NCBI GenBank assembly: GCA_030834415.1
Contig: JAURFH010000003.1
Location: 1 to 44,665 of the forward strand
DNA from: Verrucomicrobiota bacterium
GTDB lineage: Bacteria > Verrucomicrobiota > Verrucomicrobiia > Limisphaerales > JAEYXS01
Reading direction: 5' to 3'
Length of the DNA stretch: 44,665 nt
A program made the translations under genes and the position numbers. The notes below the pieces were generated by a model, which was not told the origin of the DNA, did not search any database, and saw nothing but the letters and a program-made list of their open reading frames with translations. Positions 8,852 through 18,447 of the stretch are shown here, one piece after another (the stretch's first letter is position 1; every line of letters begins with the position of its first letter).

Positions 8852-10804
8852 ATGAACTTGATTAAGAAACTTCTCCTTAAGCGACCGCGCCTAGCCATGT
8901 CCTTGGCCAGCGCACTGGTCCTGCTGGTCGCATTTACCATATTACGCATGGCACTGGCGCTCATGTTCCCACCCGCCACACCGGTTTCGGCGGGGGCCTG
9001 GGTGCTCACTTTTATTGTGGGGTTGCATCTGGATGTGGTCATGACCGCCATCCTGCTCCTACCGCTGGCCATCTGGACCACCATGTTGGCTAAGCGCGAT
9101 TGGTCCACTGGCTGGCGGCGTATACTGATGCTCATTGCATTCAGCCTGGGCTGGAGCATCCTGATCTTCAACCTGGCTGCCGAAGGCTTCTTCTTTGAGG
9201 AATTCCAATCGCGCTACAACACCGTGGCCATTGATTATCTCATCTATCCGCATGAAGTGTTCGTCAATATCTGGGAGAGCTACCCAGTGGTTTGGATTGT
9301 TTCTGCGTGCTTGATCGCAGGCATCTCCGTTACCCTATTTATCACCCGTCTGGCCAAACCCGGTTGGTCAACTCCTAAGGATTACCGCGCTGGCATCGGT
9401 TGGGCTCTGGCCGCCGTGGTCTTGGGCTTCAGTGCCGGCCGACAGGAAAGTCATGTCAGCGATGAACGCTCCGTCAATGAACTTGCCGGCAATACGTTCT
9501 CTTCGCTCCTCTACGCCGCCACCACGCGGAATCTCGATTACGCCGCCTTTTATCCCACCATGGAGCGTGATGAGGCATTTCGTCGCGCCAAAAAGATCGT
9601 CCTTAATCCCGGCGAATCCTACACCGGCGGAACCCATGATCTCTGGCGCAAAGTTCCCGGCGATCCGTCTCGCCCCAAGCTCAATGTCTGCCTGTTGCTC
9701 GAGGAAAGTCTCGGCTCTGAGTTTTGGGGCGCTTTGGGACGTAAGGAACCTTCCCTAATGCCACTCATGGACGAAGTGGCCACCAAGGAAGGCTGGCTCT
9801 TTGATAACATCTATGCCGATGGCAACCGCACTATCCGTGGTTACGAAGGTGTCTTCAGCAGCTTCCCGCCATTACCTGGAGATTCCATCGTCGCCCGCGA
9901 CCGCACGGAGAATGTCGAGACCATCGCGCAAGTGCTGGGCCGCGACGGTTACGAGACCATGTTCGTCTATGCCGGCCGCGGGGTGTTTGATGGCACTGGC
10001 AAATTCGCGAAATCCAATGGCTGGAAGAGTTTCTTGGAGCTGAAAGATTTCAAAGAACCCACCTTCACGACCGTCTGGGGCGTATGCAATGAAGACCTCT
10101 ATGATCGTCTGCTCGTGGAGATGCGGGGCTATCACGATGCAGGCAAGCCCTTCCTCATGACCAGCATGTCCGTCTCCAATCACAAGCCCTACACCTATCC
10201 CGCCGGGCGTATCCCCGAGGCCCCGAACCGCACGCGCACGAACGCCGTGAAGTATTCCGACTACGCCCTTGCTCGCTTTTTTGAGCAGGCCAAAAAAGAA
10301 CCGTTCTGGAAAGACACCATCTTCGTGGTCGTGGGCGATCACGGCGCTCGTGTGTATGGCAGCCAAAGCATTCCCATCCGCTCCTATGAAGTGCCCTTCC
10401 TTGTTTTGGGACCCGCCGTAGTCTCCGAGCCGAAACGCACCTCCACACTGGGTTGCCAACTCGACATCATGCCGACAGTTCTGGGCATGATCGGTCGCCC
10501 CTATGAGACATCGTTCTTCGGTCACGACCTGCTCAAGGTGCAACCCGAGCATGAGCGCGTATTACTGAATCATAACCGCTCAGTCGGCATCTATGCCGAC
10601 CAACGACTGGTGGTGTTCAGCCTGAACAAACAGGTGGAGTATTTCACCGGCGATCCCAAAACCGGCCAGATGCAACCGACCACGGTGACAGATGAGAAGA
10701 TGAAAGAACTCGAACTGGATGCCACCGCCTTGTTTCAGGCCGGGGATGATCTCTATATGAACCGCCGCTACACTTACGGTGGCTCGGGCACTAAGGCGCC
10801 TTAG
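8852..10804 (+). CDS. LTA synthase-family (alkaline phosphatase superfamily) membrane sulfatase/phosphotransferase
   Basis: About 5 N-terminal TM helices, then LEES, GNRTIRG (Thr nucleophile), SVSNHKPY, VGDHG and Q.DIMPT motifs. Confidence 0.85.
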   Translation: MNLIKKLLLKRPRLAMSLASALVLLVAFTILRMALALMFPPATPVSAGAWVLTFIVGLHLDVVMTAILLLPLAIWTTMLAKRDWSTGWRRILMLIAFSLGWSILIFNLAAEGFFFEEFQSRYNTVAIDYLIYPHEVFVNIWESYPVVWIVSACLIAGISVTLFITRLAKPGWSTPKDYRAGIGWALAAVVLGFSAGRQESHVSDERSVNELAGNTFSSLLYAATTRNLDYAAFYPTMERDEAFRRAKKIVLNPGESYTGGTHDLWRKVPGDPSRPKLNVCLLLEESLGSEFWGALGRKEPSLMPLMDEVATKEGWLFDNIYADGNRTIRGYEGVFSSFPPLPGDSIVARDRTENVETIAQVLGRDGYETMFVYAGRGVFDGTGKFAKSNGWKSFLELKDFKEPTFTTVWGVCNEDLYDRLLVEMRGYHDAGKPFLMTSMSVSNHKPYTYPAGRIPEAPNRTRTNAVKYSDYALARFFEQAKKEPFWKDTIFVVVGDHGARVYGSQSIPIRSYEVPFLVLGPAVVSEPKRTSTLGCQLDIMPTVLGMIGRPYETSFFGHDLLKVQPEHERVLLNHNRSVGIYADQRLVVFSLNKQVEYFTGDPKTGQMQPTTVTDEKMKELELDATALFQAGDDLYMNRRYTYGGSGTKAP

Positions 10805-12131
10805 CTGTATTCCGCCAGTAATCCGGCAGGTCTTTCTTGGTCTCGAGCAGTATCTCCAAGATAGCTTGCCGCGATTCCTTGCTGACCCGCGCATAAGCCT
10901 CTCCGGTCTCAGCCCCGGTGAGGACATCATACATCCGTCGATAGACGAGTTCTTTGGCTTCCGGCGGTAATTGCTCAAAGACATCCGAGTAGATCAGATA
11001 ACTGCACGGATACTTCAACAATCGCGTCTGCAGATCCAAGTCCCGGAAAGATCGGCCCTTGCTGTCACGCGGGCCTTGCTTTTGGAATTCTTCCGCGAAC
11101 TCGCTGGTTCCTTTCACCGGACTAGGCAACGGGACTTCATCCGCAAAGAGCAGGTAACGCACAAACCCATCCACGATCTGGCCGAGATGCCTCGTGTGTT
11201 GATACATATAGAGATGGATGCGCGTCTCGTAATTCAACCGCGTGATGTAATTGTGCAGATGCGCCTGATGTTCAAACGTCATCAAGGCCACGATATCGCT
11301 CCCGGGCTCCGGATATTTTGATACATCGAAGAACTGGTCCAATTGCTGGAGACTGCTCATGTACCCGGGCGTTTCCTCCTGTTTCTTGAACGCAGCTTCA
11401 CCCATCAGATTACCGTTGTGCACCATCTTGCCCGCTAAACCGGAAACATACCAACCAGCCCAGCGCTTTTCGAATGACGTTTTATGGCTCACCATCATCG
11501 AGCCGTTGAACATATCCACCTTGCCTTCTTCATCCGGGATGAAAGAGCGCGCCAAGTGCCCCGGCACGCCCATGTTCCGCGTGGAGGCGTGACACTCCAG
11601 ACATTGATTGTCTCGCCGCATGCGCGGATTCTTCAAATCACTCTGGTCCAAAGTATAGAACACCCCGCCCAGTTTCGGATCAGACGAGGCGATCTCGATG
11701 ATGGGCGATCCCGGCACATAGCCCACATAGACATCGTCATTGAAGAACAAAGCCCTTGGATTCTTCGGCCCGATGAGATGCCGCTGCAAAGAAGTCTTCG
11801 AGAACACCAGCATCTGGGAAGATACGGGTATGTTCAGCTCCTTCAATAACGACGGCAGCAGCCCGAACTTCTCATCCGCCTTCAACCGTATCTCTTCGTA
11901 GTCCAGCTTGCGCTTGAGCACCGCCACAGGATCCGTGGCTCTCACATGCGGGTAATCGATGATCTCCTCATCGAAGGGCATCATCTGATACGACCCCTGA
12001 AAATCCACCGGCTCTCCCGCCATCGCACCAATCGCCGACACACTGAAGAATAACCTCACTAACACCCCTCGCCATATCTGCCAGCGGTGCAATCTGCCTG
12101 CTAATATTTTAAAGGAGTATTTCAGATACAT
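10791..12131 (-). CDS. Exported hypothetical protein with a single CxxCH (putative c-type cytochrome); start uncertain
   Basis: CLECH motif; SQMLVFSKTSLQ..I.P.NPRALFFNDDVYVG segment and hydrophobic N-terminus. Confidence 0.65.
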   Translation of the reverse strand: MYLKYSFKILAGRLHRWQIWRGVLVRLFFSVSAIGAMAGEPVDFQGSYQMMPFDEEIIDYPHVRATDPVAVLKRKLDYEEIRLKADEKFGLLPSLLKELNIPVSSQMLVFSKTSLQRHLIGPKNPRALFFNDDVYVGYVPGSPIIEIASSDPKLGGVFYTLDQSDLKNPRMRRDNQCLECHASTRNMGVPGHLARSFIPDEEGKVDMFNGSMMVSHKTSFEKRWAGWYVSGLAGKMVHNGNLMGEAAFKKQEETPGYMSSLQQLDQFFDVSKYPEPGSDIVALMTFEHQAHLHNYITRLNYETRIHLYMYQHTRHLGQIVDGFVRYLLFADEVPLPSPVKGTSEFAEEFQKQGPRDSKGRSFRDLDLQTRLLKYPCSYLIYSDVFEQLPPEAKELVYRRMYDVLTGAETGEAYARVSKESRQAILEILLETKKDLPDYWRNTAKAP

Positions 12132-12211
12132 CTATTAAGACTCAATTGCCCGCTCTTGCCAACCCTCTATTGCTGGGATTGCACCGTAGGCTGACCTGCA
12201 TGCGGTCGTGG

Positions 12212-14833
12212 TTATACTTTGACCTTTAGCTTCTCTTTATTACCCGAAGCGGCCGCCAATCCCTTAACCTGCTTGCTCTTACCGCTTTCCGGATCGGAAA
12301 CCTTGACCGTATAGCTGCCGTTCGCAAAGATATGCGGCTGGAATTTGGTGGACTGTAAGCGCAAGGCGTAGACCAGTTCACCGGTCTTCTCCTCGAACAC
12401 CTCCACCAGCGGCTGTTTCACGCCCTCGATATCCAAGGTCGGCAAGTGTGCCGTAGCTTTGCGTGCATAGTTCTCCGTGACATCCACCACCACCGGCCAG
12501 CCAGGGAATTGCCCACCCGGCTTTGTCGGGTCCGTCGTGTATGGCCAACAATCGATGGTGATCTTCCGCTTCTTTTTATCGAAGCGCACTAAACCCAAAC
12601 CGCTCGTCTTGGCCACCACTTGTTCCATGACCGGCTTCGGCGGCTGATCTGGTCCATTCACGAACGCACGCACCGTCATCGGATTATCAAAATGATCTAA
12701 GAAATCACCCAGTTCACCTTTGGTGCCCGTCTTGGCATTTCGACCGGTCTTAGCGGGACGCCACCACCGGGGATAACCCACATTCACCGCCGGACCGGCA
12801 AAGGCTAAGCCCGCATCCTTGTGCGTATCCACGCCATAATGCACCACCGCCGGGAGATGTTGATCCCCCGCGATGTGAAACGCGAACGCCTTACGGATGA
12901 TCGCAAGCGCTTCATTACGCGGCGTCTGTGGCCAACCATTTGCATCATAATCTGCGCGCAATTCACCATCCGGCCCGCCATGCGTAGTGGCCATGGCCGT
13001 GAAGATGGTCTGCGAGATGATCGATTTCATCTCCGCATCCTTCCAATCCGTCACCCAGTCACGCAGGAACTGCATCTGTTTGTCGCCCAGCAATTGCAGT
13101 CCTGGCAGATCAGCCGTCTTGGGATCGAAGTTCAGCCCCAGCACATGATCACCGCGGGATGTATCTGTCTTGGGCACCTTGCCTTCAGGTCCGGACTTGT
13201 ATTGCCGGTCGGCCAGCACCGCGAAACTCACACCGCCATAGGTAAGCGGTCCGTAATAATTCGTCGTGCCACGCTTGCAGGGCGTGGGGTCATACGGGTC
13301 CGGATGATGCGAGGCTTGCGTGCGATGCACCACATTCACCCACGTCGCTTCCATGTCGTAACCGCCCGCTTCCTGAGTGGTCTTGCGCCCGTCACCGGCT
13401 TCACCCCAGAGATTGCCCTGATAGACATCATGATCATCCGGCAAGGAGATGCTCGGACGGTCCTTCGTCAATTCACGCCAGGTCCAACCGTGGAAATACC
13501 ATTTGCGAAGATAATCAATGATGGCGGGCTCCAATGGCGCACGCTGCACGCCATATCCACCGCAGCTCTCGTAGAACTGATCACCCACAAATGCCAACAG
13601 GTCCGGATCCAGTTTCGCCATGTTCCCCACCAACTCTGTGTTCGGGAAGATGGCATGGATATTACACGACACATCGCCCACCGTCAGCACGGGCTTGTCT
13701 TTCGGATCTTTGCGGATCAAACCCGCCCATTGATGCAAGGTATCGCGACCGCGCGTCTTGAAAACATATTGCAGACGATAAGGCACTTCCTTGTTCCCAT
13801 CCCAATTCTCGATGCGGAACGTGACCGTGCGCGCTTCCGGATGGATGGTTTCCTCGCCCGCCGTCTTCCACGCTTTGCCCTGCTTGAATTGCAGTCGGAC
13901 AGTCTGTGAATCATCCGCGCCGATCGGCGGCATCTGGGCCGTGAGCTTCATTACCCCTTTGCTCAACGTATACTGCGAGAAAAGAATGGGCCCAAAAGTC
14001 TGCGACTCATTCACCGTCAGCTTCGTGCCGCTGACCTGCCAGTCGCTGAACCAAAACTCGCCCGTGCCAAAGCTCGCCTCGGCTGCCTTGCCCTTGGCTT
14101 TGCCGCCGCCTCGTGCTGCGACCGAGCCGAAATTACTGATGAGCGCGATGTTACCATTGAGTTGGTTGCTGCTGATCTTGTCTACCTCAGATTGACCTAG
14201 CTGCTTACGCGTGGCGGCATCAAACACCGTCAGCTTCACCTTGTAAGCATCCCCATCCGGCACCACCTGCACACTCAACTCAACTGCTTCCCGGTCTAGA
14301 TCTACTAGCACACGACTGTTGGCCGCAGAACCCAAAGAACCAGTGAACATTCCACCCTCGGAATTGACCCCGATATGAAACCCGCTGTTCGGTGCCGGCC
14401 AGAGATTGTTCCGGAAATCATGCCGCTCCGGGTAATCCTTCAACGTACCCAGAATCCCCAAACGCAAACCGAATGAACCCTTGCCGGCTTTCAACTTGCC
14501 ACCGCCTACGCGACCGATCTTCACGCTCATCTCGATGGTGCCACGCTGCGGACCCACTTGCCGGGTGAGCAGATGCAATTGGCGGTCCATCGCGGCCTTC
14601 ACGCACTCCACACGACCGTTCTTTACCTGCCAGTCCTGCATCGGGTTTGCCCAATACTCAGGTCCGATCCAGACCCGGTCCAGGCTCTCCTGCCATTTGC
14701 TCTTGAATGCAGCCGTCGCATCGGCTGCCTGTGCCAGTTGGGGCAGCACTTTGACGGCCACCACGGTGCCGGCTGTGGCAGCTGCCGAGTGGGCGATAAA
14801 TTTGCGGCGCGTTACTTTCCGTGGGGATTTCAT
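12212..14833 (-). CDS. Tat-exported PhoD-like (alkaline phosphatase D family) metallophosphoesterase
   Basis: Twin-arginine TRRKFI signal; GDQFYE, PDDHDVYQGN, DANGWPQ and AGDQH motifs; extra N- and C-terminal beta-rich domains. Confidence 0.8.
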   Translation of the reverse strand: MKSPRKVTRRKFIAHSAAATAGTVVAVKVLPQLAQAADATAAFKSKWQESLDRVWIGPEYWANPMQDWQVKNGRVECVKAAMDRQLHLLTRQVGPQRGTIEMSVKIGRVGGGKLKAGKGSFGLRLGILGTLKDYPERHDFRNNLWPAPNSGFHIGVNSEGGMFTGSLGSAANSRVLVDLDREAVELSVQVVPDGDAYKVKLTVFDAATRKQLGQSEVDKISSNQLNGNIALISNFGSVAARGGGKAKGKAAEASFGTGEFWFSDWQVSGTKLTVNESQTFGPILFSQYTLSKGVMKLTAQMPPIGADDSQTVRLQFKQGKAWKTAGEETIHPEARTVTFRIENWDGNKEVPYRLQYVFKTRGRDTLHQWAGLIRKDPKDKPVLTVGDVSCNIHAIFPNTELVGNMAKLDPDLLAFVGDQFYESCGGYGVQRAPLEPAIIDYLRKWYFHGWTWRELTKDRPSISLPDDHDVYQGNLWGEAGDGRKTTQEAGGYDMEATWVNVVHRTQASHHPDPYDPTPCKRGTTNYYGPLTYGGVSFAVLADRQYKSGPEGKVPKTDTSRGDHVLGLNFDPKTADLPGLQLLGDKQMQFLRDWVTDWKDAEMKSIISQTIFTAMATTHGGPDGELRADYDANGWPQTPRNEALAIIRKAFAFHIAGDQHLPAVVHYGVDTHKDAGLAFAGPAVNVGYPRWWRPAKTGRNAKTGTKGELGDFLDHFDNPMTVRAFVNGPDQPPKPVMEQVVAKTSGLGLVRFDKKKRKITIDCWPYTTDPTKPGGQFPGWPVVVDVTENYARKATAHLPTLDIEGVKQPLVEVFEEKTGELVYALRLQSTKFQPHIFANGSYTVKVSDPESGKSKQVKGLAAASGNKEKLKVKV

Positions 14834-14904
14834 AGGCAGATTAAAATACGAAGTGAACGAAACGAAAAGTATTAGTTCGCAAGGATTGGTGGCTCCTACA
14901 GCCC

Positions 14905-15846
14905 CTAGCGCAACTGCACTTTCAGAAAATCAGCGATCTCTTCCACAAACGGAGTGGACCAAGGATTACTGCCCCAGCAGCCGTGCTTGCCTCCTTGCAC
15001 GATGACCAACCGGTTCGGCACCTTCAATGCATCCAACTGCTTGCGGAACTCGACATAACGTTCGCCCGGTGAATCAAATTCACCTTCGATCAACAGTATC
15101 GGCGGCGTGTCCTTGGAAAGATGCGTGATAGGTGAACCTGCTACATACAATTCCTTCTTCTCCGCATACGTCCCGCCAAAAAACACCAATTGGTTCTGGA
15201 TCGGATTCTTAGTCTCTGCCGCTCGCGTAGCCTGATCCACGCCCGCCCCCATCATCACGCATGCTTGTATTGCGCTGGATTGCTTTTCGTTTCCGCCAGC
15301 GCCCTCGAATAACTTGCTCTTGCCCGTGCCTGCCAGCATACCGACCAAATGCCCACCGGCCGAACCACCCACACCCCCGATGCGTTTCGGATCGATATGA
15401 TACTTCTTCGCATTCGCGCGCATCCAGCGCACGGCCGCTTTGCAATCTTCCACCGCGCCCGGGAACTTCGCCTCACCGGCCAGGCGATAATCGATCGTCA
15501 CTGCCACAAAACCCTTCACGGCGAGCTGCTGGGCCATGGATCGGAATGCTTCCTTGTTGCCACCCGTCCAGCCACCACCATGCACGACCACCACTCCGGG
15601 AAACGGGCCATCTCCCTTCGGAGCGTATAGATCCAGTTTCAGCTCTCGCCCTCCACCCGTGCCGAAGACCAAGTTCTCATGCGCCACCACGCCCTCTGGA
15701 ACCTTGTCAGACGCCTTGGATGGTTTCACATCTTTCGGCACTTCTACGAATTTATCCACCTTCACACCCGGCGCGGGTTTGAACGACGCGGCGTGCAAAT
15801 TGAAAATCCCCAATGAAATGGCGGTCAATATAACTGCTGTTCTCAT
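14905..15846 (-). CDS. Secreted alpha/beta hydrolase (HSL/BD-FAE-like esterase)
   Basis: LDLY.P, VHGGGW, DYRL, GGSAGGHL nucleophile elbow, GKHG. ATG at 15846 gives a signal peptide and avoids overlap with the upstream gene. Confidence 0.88.
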   Translation of the reverse strand: MRTAVILTAISLGIFNLHAASFKPAPGVKVDKFVEVPKDVKPSKASDKVPEGVVAHENLVFGTGGGRELKLDLYAPKGDGPFPGVVVVHGGGWTGGNKEAFRSMAQQLAVKGFVAVTIDYRLAGEAKFPGAVEDCKAAVRWMRANAKKYHIDPKRIGGVGGSAGGHLVGMLAGTGKSKLFEGAGGNEKQSSAIQACVMMGAGVDQATRAAETKNPIQNQLVFFGGTYAEKKELYVAGSPITHLSKDTPPILLIEGEFDSPGERYVEFRKQLDALKVPNRLVIVQGGKHGCWGSNPWSTPFVEEIADFLKVQLR

Positions 15847-15886
15847 GTCTAAAGATAGACGGGCCCAAGCACCCGCTACGTTACGA

Positions 15887-17389
15887 TTAACTGATGATTT
15901 CTTTGATGATGTGCCCATGCACATCGGTGAGACGGCGATCAATGCCGTTGTGCCGGAATGTCAGCTTGGTGTGTTCCATGCCTAACAGACGCAATACCGT
16001 GGCGTGGATGTCATACACCAGCGTAGGGTTATCGCGATCCAACGGCTTGTAACCCCACTCATCGCTCTCCCCATGTGTGACGCCTCCCTTGATGCCGCCA
16101 CCGCAAAGCCAGTTCGTGAAGCAATACGGGTTGTGATCGCGGCCTTTTCCACCTTGGGTCGAAGGCATGCGTCCGAACTCGGTCGTCCACAGGATGATGG
16201 TGTCGTCCAGCAAGCCACGCTGTTTCAGATCTTGGATGAGTGCCGCCGCCCCTTGCGCCATGCCCCGCGCCAAGGGACCGTGATCGCGCTCCACATCTTC
16301 ATGCGAATCCCAGTTGCGCCGCGGAAAACCATTGTCATTGCCCGACCAGATCTGCACAAAGCGCACGCCACGCTCCAACAGCCGACGCGCCACCAGACAT
16401 TTGCGCCCGAAATAATCTGCCTCCTCGCGGGCATTGATCTCCTTCGGCCACTCCTTCGTCGTCCGGTCGACGCCATACATATCGAGGATGTAGTCCGGCT
16501 CTTTGGTGATATCAAGCGCCTCCGGTGCGCTCAATTGCATGCGAGCCGCCAACTCATAGCTACGGATACGCGATTCCAGCCGTCCATCCCCCTCGCGGTG
16601 TGCCGCATACTCTTCATTGAGTGAAGCCAACAAGCGATGCGCCTCGGCCTCACTGGCAGGGGTGATGTAATTCCCGTTCTTATGCGGATACAGGTCTGCG
16701 ATGGGATTTTCCGCTCCCGGATAGATCACCGTGCCGCTGTGTTGCGAGGGCAGGAACGCCGCGCCCCAATTCTTCACCCCATTCGAAGCCAGCCCCCGAT
16801 GATCTGGCAACACGACAAATGTCGGCAGATTTTCGTTCTCACTTCCCAAGCCGTAACTGATCCAGCTCCCCATCCCCGGAAACCCCGGCAATTGAAAACC
16901 TGTCGCTTGCAGCAAAGTTGCTGCGCTGTGCACACCCGACTTACCGACGAGATTGTGGATGAACGCGATGTCATCCACACACGGCCCCAAGGCAGACACT
17001 GCCTCGCTGATCTGCTTGCCGGATTGCCCGTATGGTTTGAAATCCCAGACCGGCTTCTTCCACGGGCCCAGACCGTTCTGAAACGCTTCGACCTTCTCAC
17101 CGAAATCCGACACCTTGCCGTCTTGCTTCACCAACTCCTGTTTGAAGTCCCACAAGTCGATATGACTGGCGGCACCCGCCATGAAGAGTTGCACGACGCG
17201 TTTGGCCTTGGGTGGGAAATGCGGCAGTAACTTCTTCTCATTCGAACTCGCATCTGCAGCCAACAATCGCTCTTGCCCTAACAAACCCGCCAGCGCGATA
17301 CCACCAAGCCCACCACCACTCGACCACAAAAACTCGCGACGGCTCATCGGCCGACGAGCTGATACTTTATGCCAGGGTGATTGGTTCAT
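15887..17389 (-). CDS. DUF1501 domain protein (Tat signal), copy B
   Basis: MSRREFL, PKAKRVVQLFMAGAASHIDLWD, YELAARMQ, ARRLLERGVRFVQ, WDSH, TEFGRMP, GRDHNP, RRLTDVHG. Confidence 0.92.
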   Translation of the reverse strand: MNQSPWHKVSARRPMSRREFLWSSGGGLGGIALAGLLGQERLLAADASSNEKKLLPHFPPKAKRVVQLFMAGAASHIDLWDFKQELVKQDGKVSDFGEKVEAFQNGLGPWKKPVWDFKPYGQSGKQISEAVSALGPCVDDIAFIHNLVGKSGVHSAATLLQATGFQLPGFPGMGSWISYGLGSENENLPTFVVLPDHRGLASNGVKNWGAAFLPSQHSGTVIYPGAENPIADLYPHKNGNYITPASEAEAHRLLASLNEEYAAHREGDGRLESRIRSYELAARMQLSAPEALDITKEPDYILDMYGVDRTTKEWPKEINAREEADYFGRKCLVARRLLERGVRFVQIWSGNDNGFPRRNWDSHEDVERDHGPLARGMAQGAAALIQDLKQRGLLDDTIILWTTEFGRMPSTQGGKGRDHNPYCFTNWLCGGGIKGGVTHGESDEWGYKPLDRDNPTLVYDIHATVLRLLGMEHTKLTFRHNGIDRRLTDVHGHIIKEIIS

Positions 17390-18447
17390 GGCTTTGCCTT
17401 CGCGTTGATCCCTGAGCGGATCTGCTGCACAAACTCAGACACTGCCTTGGTCGTGTTTCCTTCATTGCGCAATGGAGAAAGTTTTTTGATATGCCGCGGA
17501 TAGCTCGCCGGATTATCGCGCTGTTCGGGTCTCAAAAGTTTCCGTGCCGCCAGATTCGGATTGGTATAGGGATACTCCGCGCTGATGAGCAAGCTGACCT
17601 TGGGCTCAAGGCAGTGATTGATGAACGCTTCCGCCAGTTCTTTAGCAGGTGCCGCTTTCGGCATCGCCAAACTGTCCACAAACATATGCGCACCTTCCTT
17701 GGGCATCACATACTGATACTTCCGATCTTTCAACCAGAGCGCCGCCGCTTCGCCACTCCACACGATACCGATATCCGCCTTGCCACTAAGCAAAGCATCT
17801 TTCGGACTATCCGAATCGAACACCGCAACCTGCGGCAGCCATTTCTCCAATACCGGTTTCACCTTCTTCAAAGCACCATCGCTGACATCGGTGATGGGCA
17901 TGCCGAGCGATGCCAGCGCCCAAGCCGCTATCTCGCGATTGTCATCCACCACCACGATGCGCCCGGAATACTTGCCCTTAAAGACATCAGCCCATGTGCG
18001 AATCGGCTCCTTGATGCGCCCGGTGTTCACCACGATCCCCATCGTGCCCACCAGCCAGGGAACGCTATAACGATTCTCGGGATCGTGGCTCAGTCCACGA
18101 TATTGCGGATCAAGATGGCGTGCATTCGGTATGCGCTGGTAATCCAAAAGGGCTAGGTCTCCTTGTTTTGCCAAAGTCTCCACATAGGCGCCGCTTGGTT
18201 GGATGAGGTCGTAATACCCCGGCTTGGCCCGCAGCTTTTCCAGCATCTGTTCGTTCGAGTTGTAATACTCGACCAAAACTTTCGCCCCTGAGGTTTTCTC
18301 AAATCCTTGGATGACTGACTTCGGCACATACTCCGTCCAACAGAGCAGGTGAAGTTCACGTGCCTCAGCCGCAGGCAATAGACACGCAAAACTCATCATC
18401 CAGAGCATGAGCCAGCGGTGCCATTGTGTTTTGAGCTTAGTCGACAA
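17386..18447 (-). CDS. PotD/PotF-family polyamine ABC substrate-binding protein (orphan); alternative start ATG 18408
   Basis: WTEYVP, Y.SNEQM..KL, YDLIQPS, DP.NRYSVPW..GT.GI, WSGEA, PKEG...FVD motifs. Confidence 0.85.
   Translation of the reverse strand: MSTKLKTQWHRWLMLWMMSFACLLPAAEARELHLLCWTEYVPKSVIQGFEKTSGAKVLVEYYNSNEQMLEKLRAKPGYYDLIQPSGAYVETLAKQGDLALLDYQRIPNARHLDPQYRGLSHDPENRYSVPWLVGTMGIVVNTGRIKEPIRTWADVFKGKYSGRIVVVDDNREIAAWALASLGMPITDVSDGALKKVKPVLEKWLPQVAVFDSDSPKDALLSGKADIGIVWSGEAAALWLKDRKYQYVMPKEGAHMFVDSLAMPKAAPAKELAEAFINHCLEPKVSLLISAEYPYTNPNLAARKLLRPEQRDNPASYPRHIKKLSPLRNEGNTTKAVSEFVQQIRSGINAKAKP

Noticed and set aside
14846-14868. Short TTCGT repeats upstream of the PhoD-like gene as a Pho box
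   Set aside because: Neither sequence nor spacing fits the 11-bp CTGTCAT direct-repeat pattern.
15856-15884. ECF-like promoter GTAAC...CGTC upstream of the esterase
   Set aside because: The 18-nt spacer is longer than usual and the cognate sigma factor is unknown; not supportable from sequence alone.
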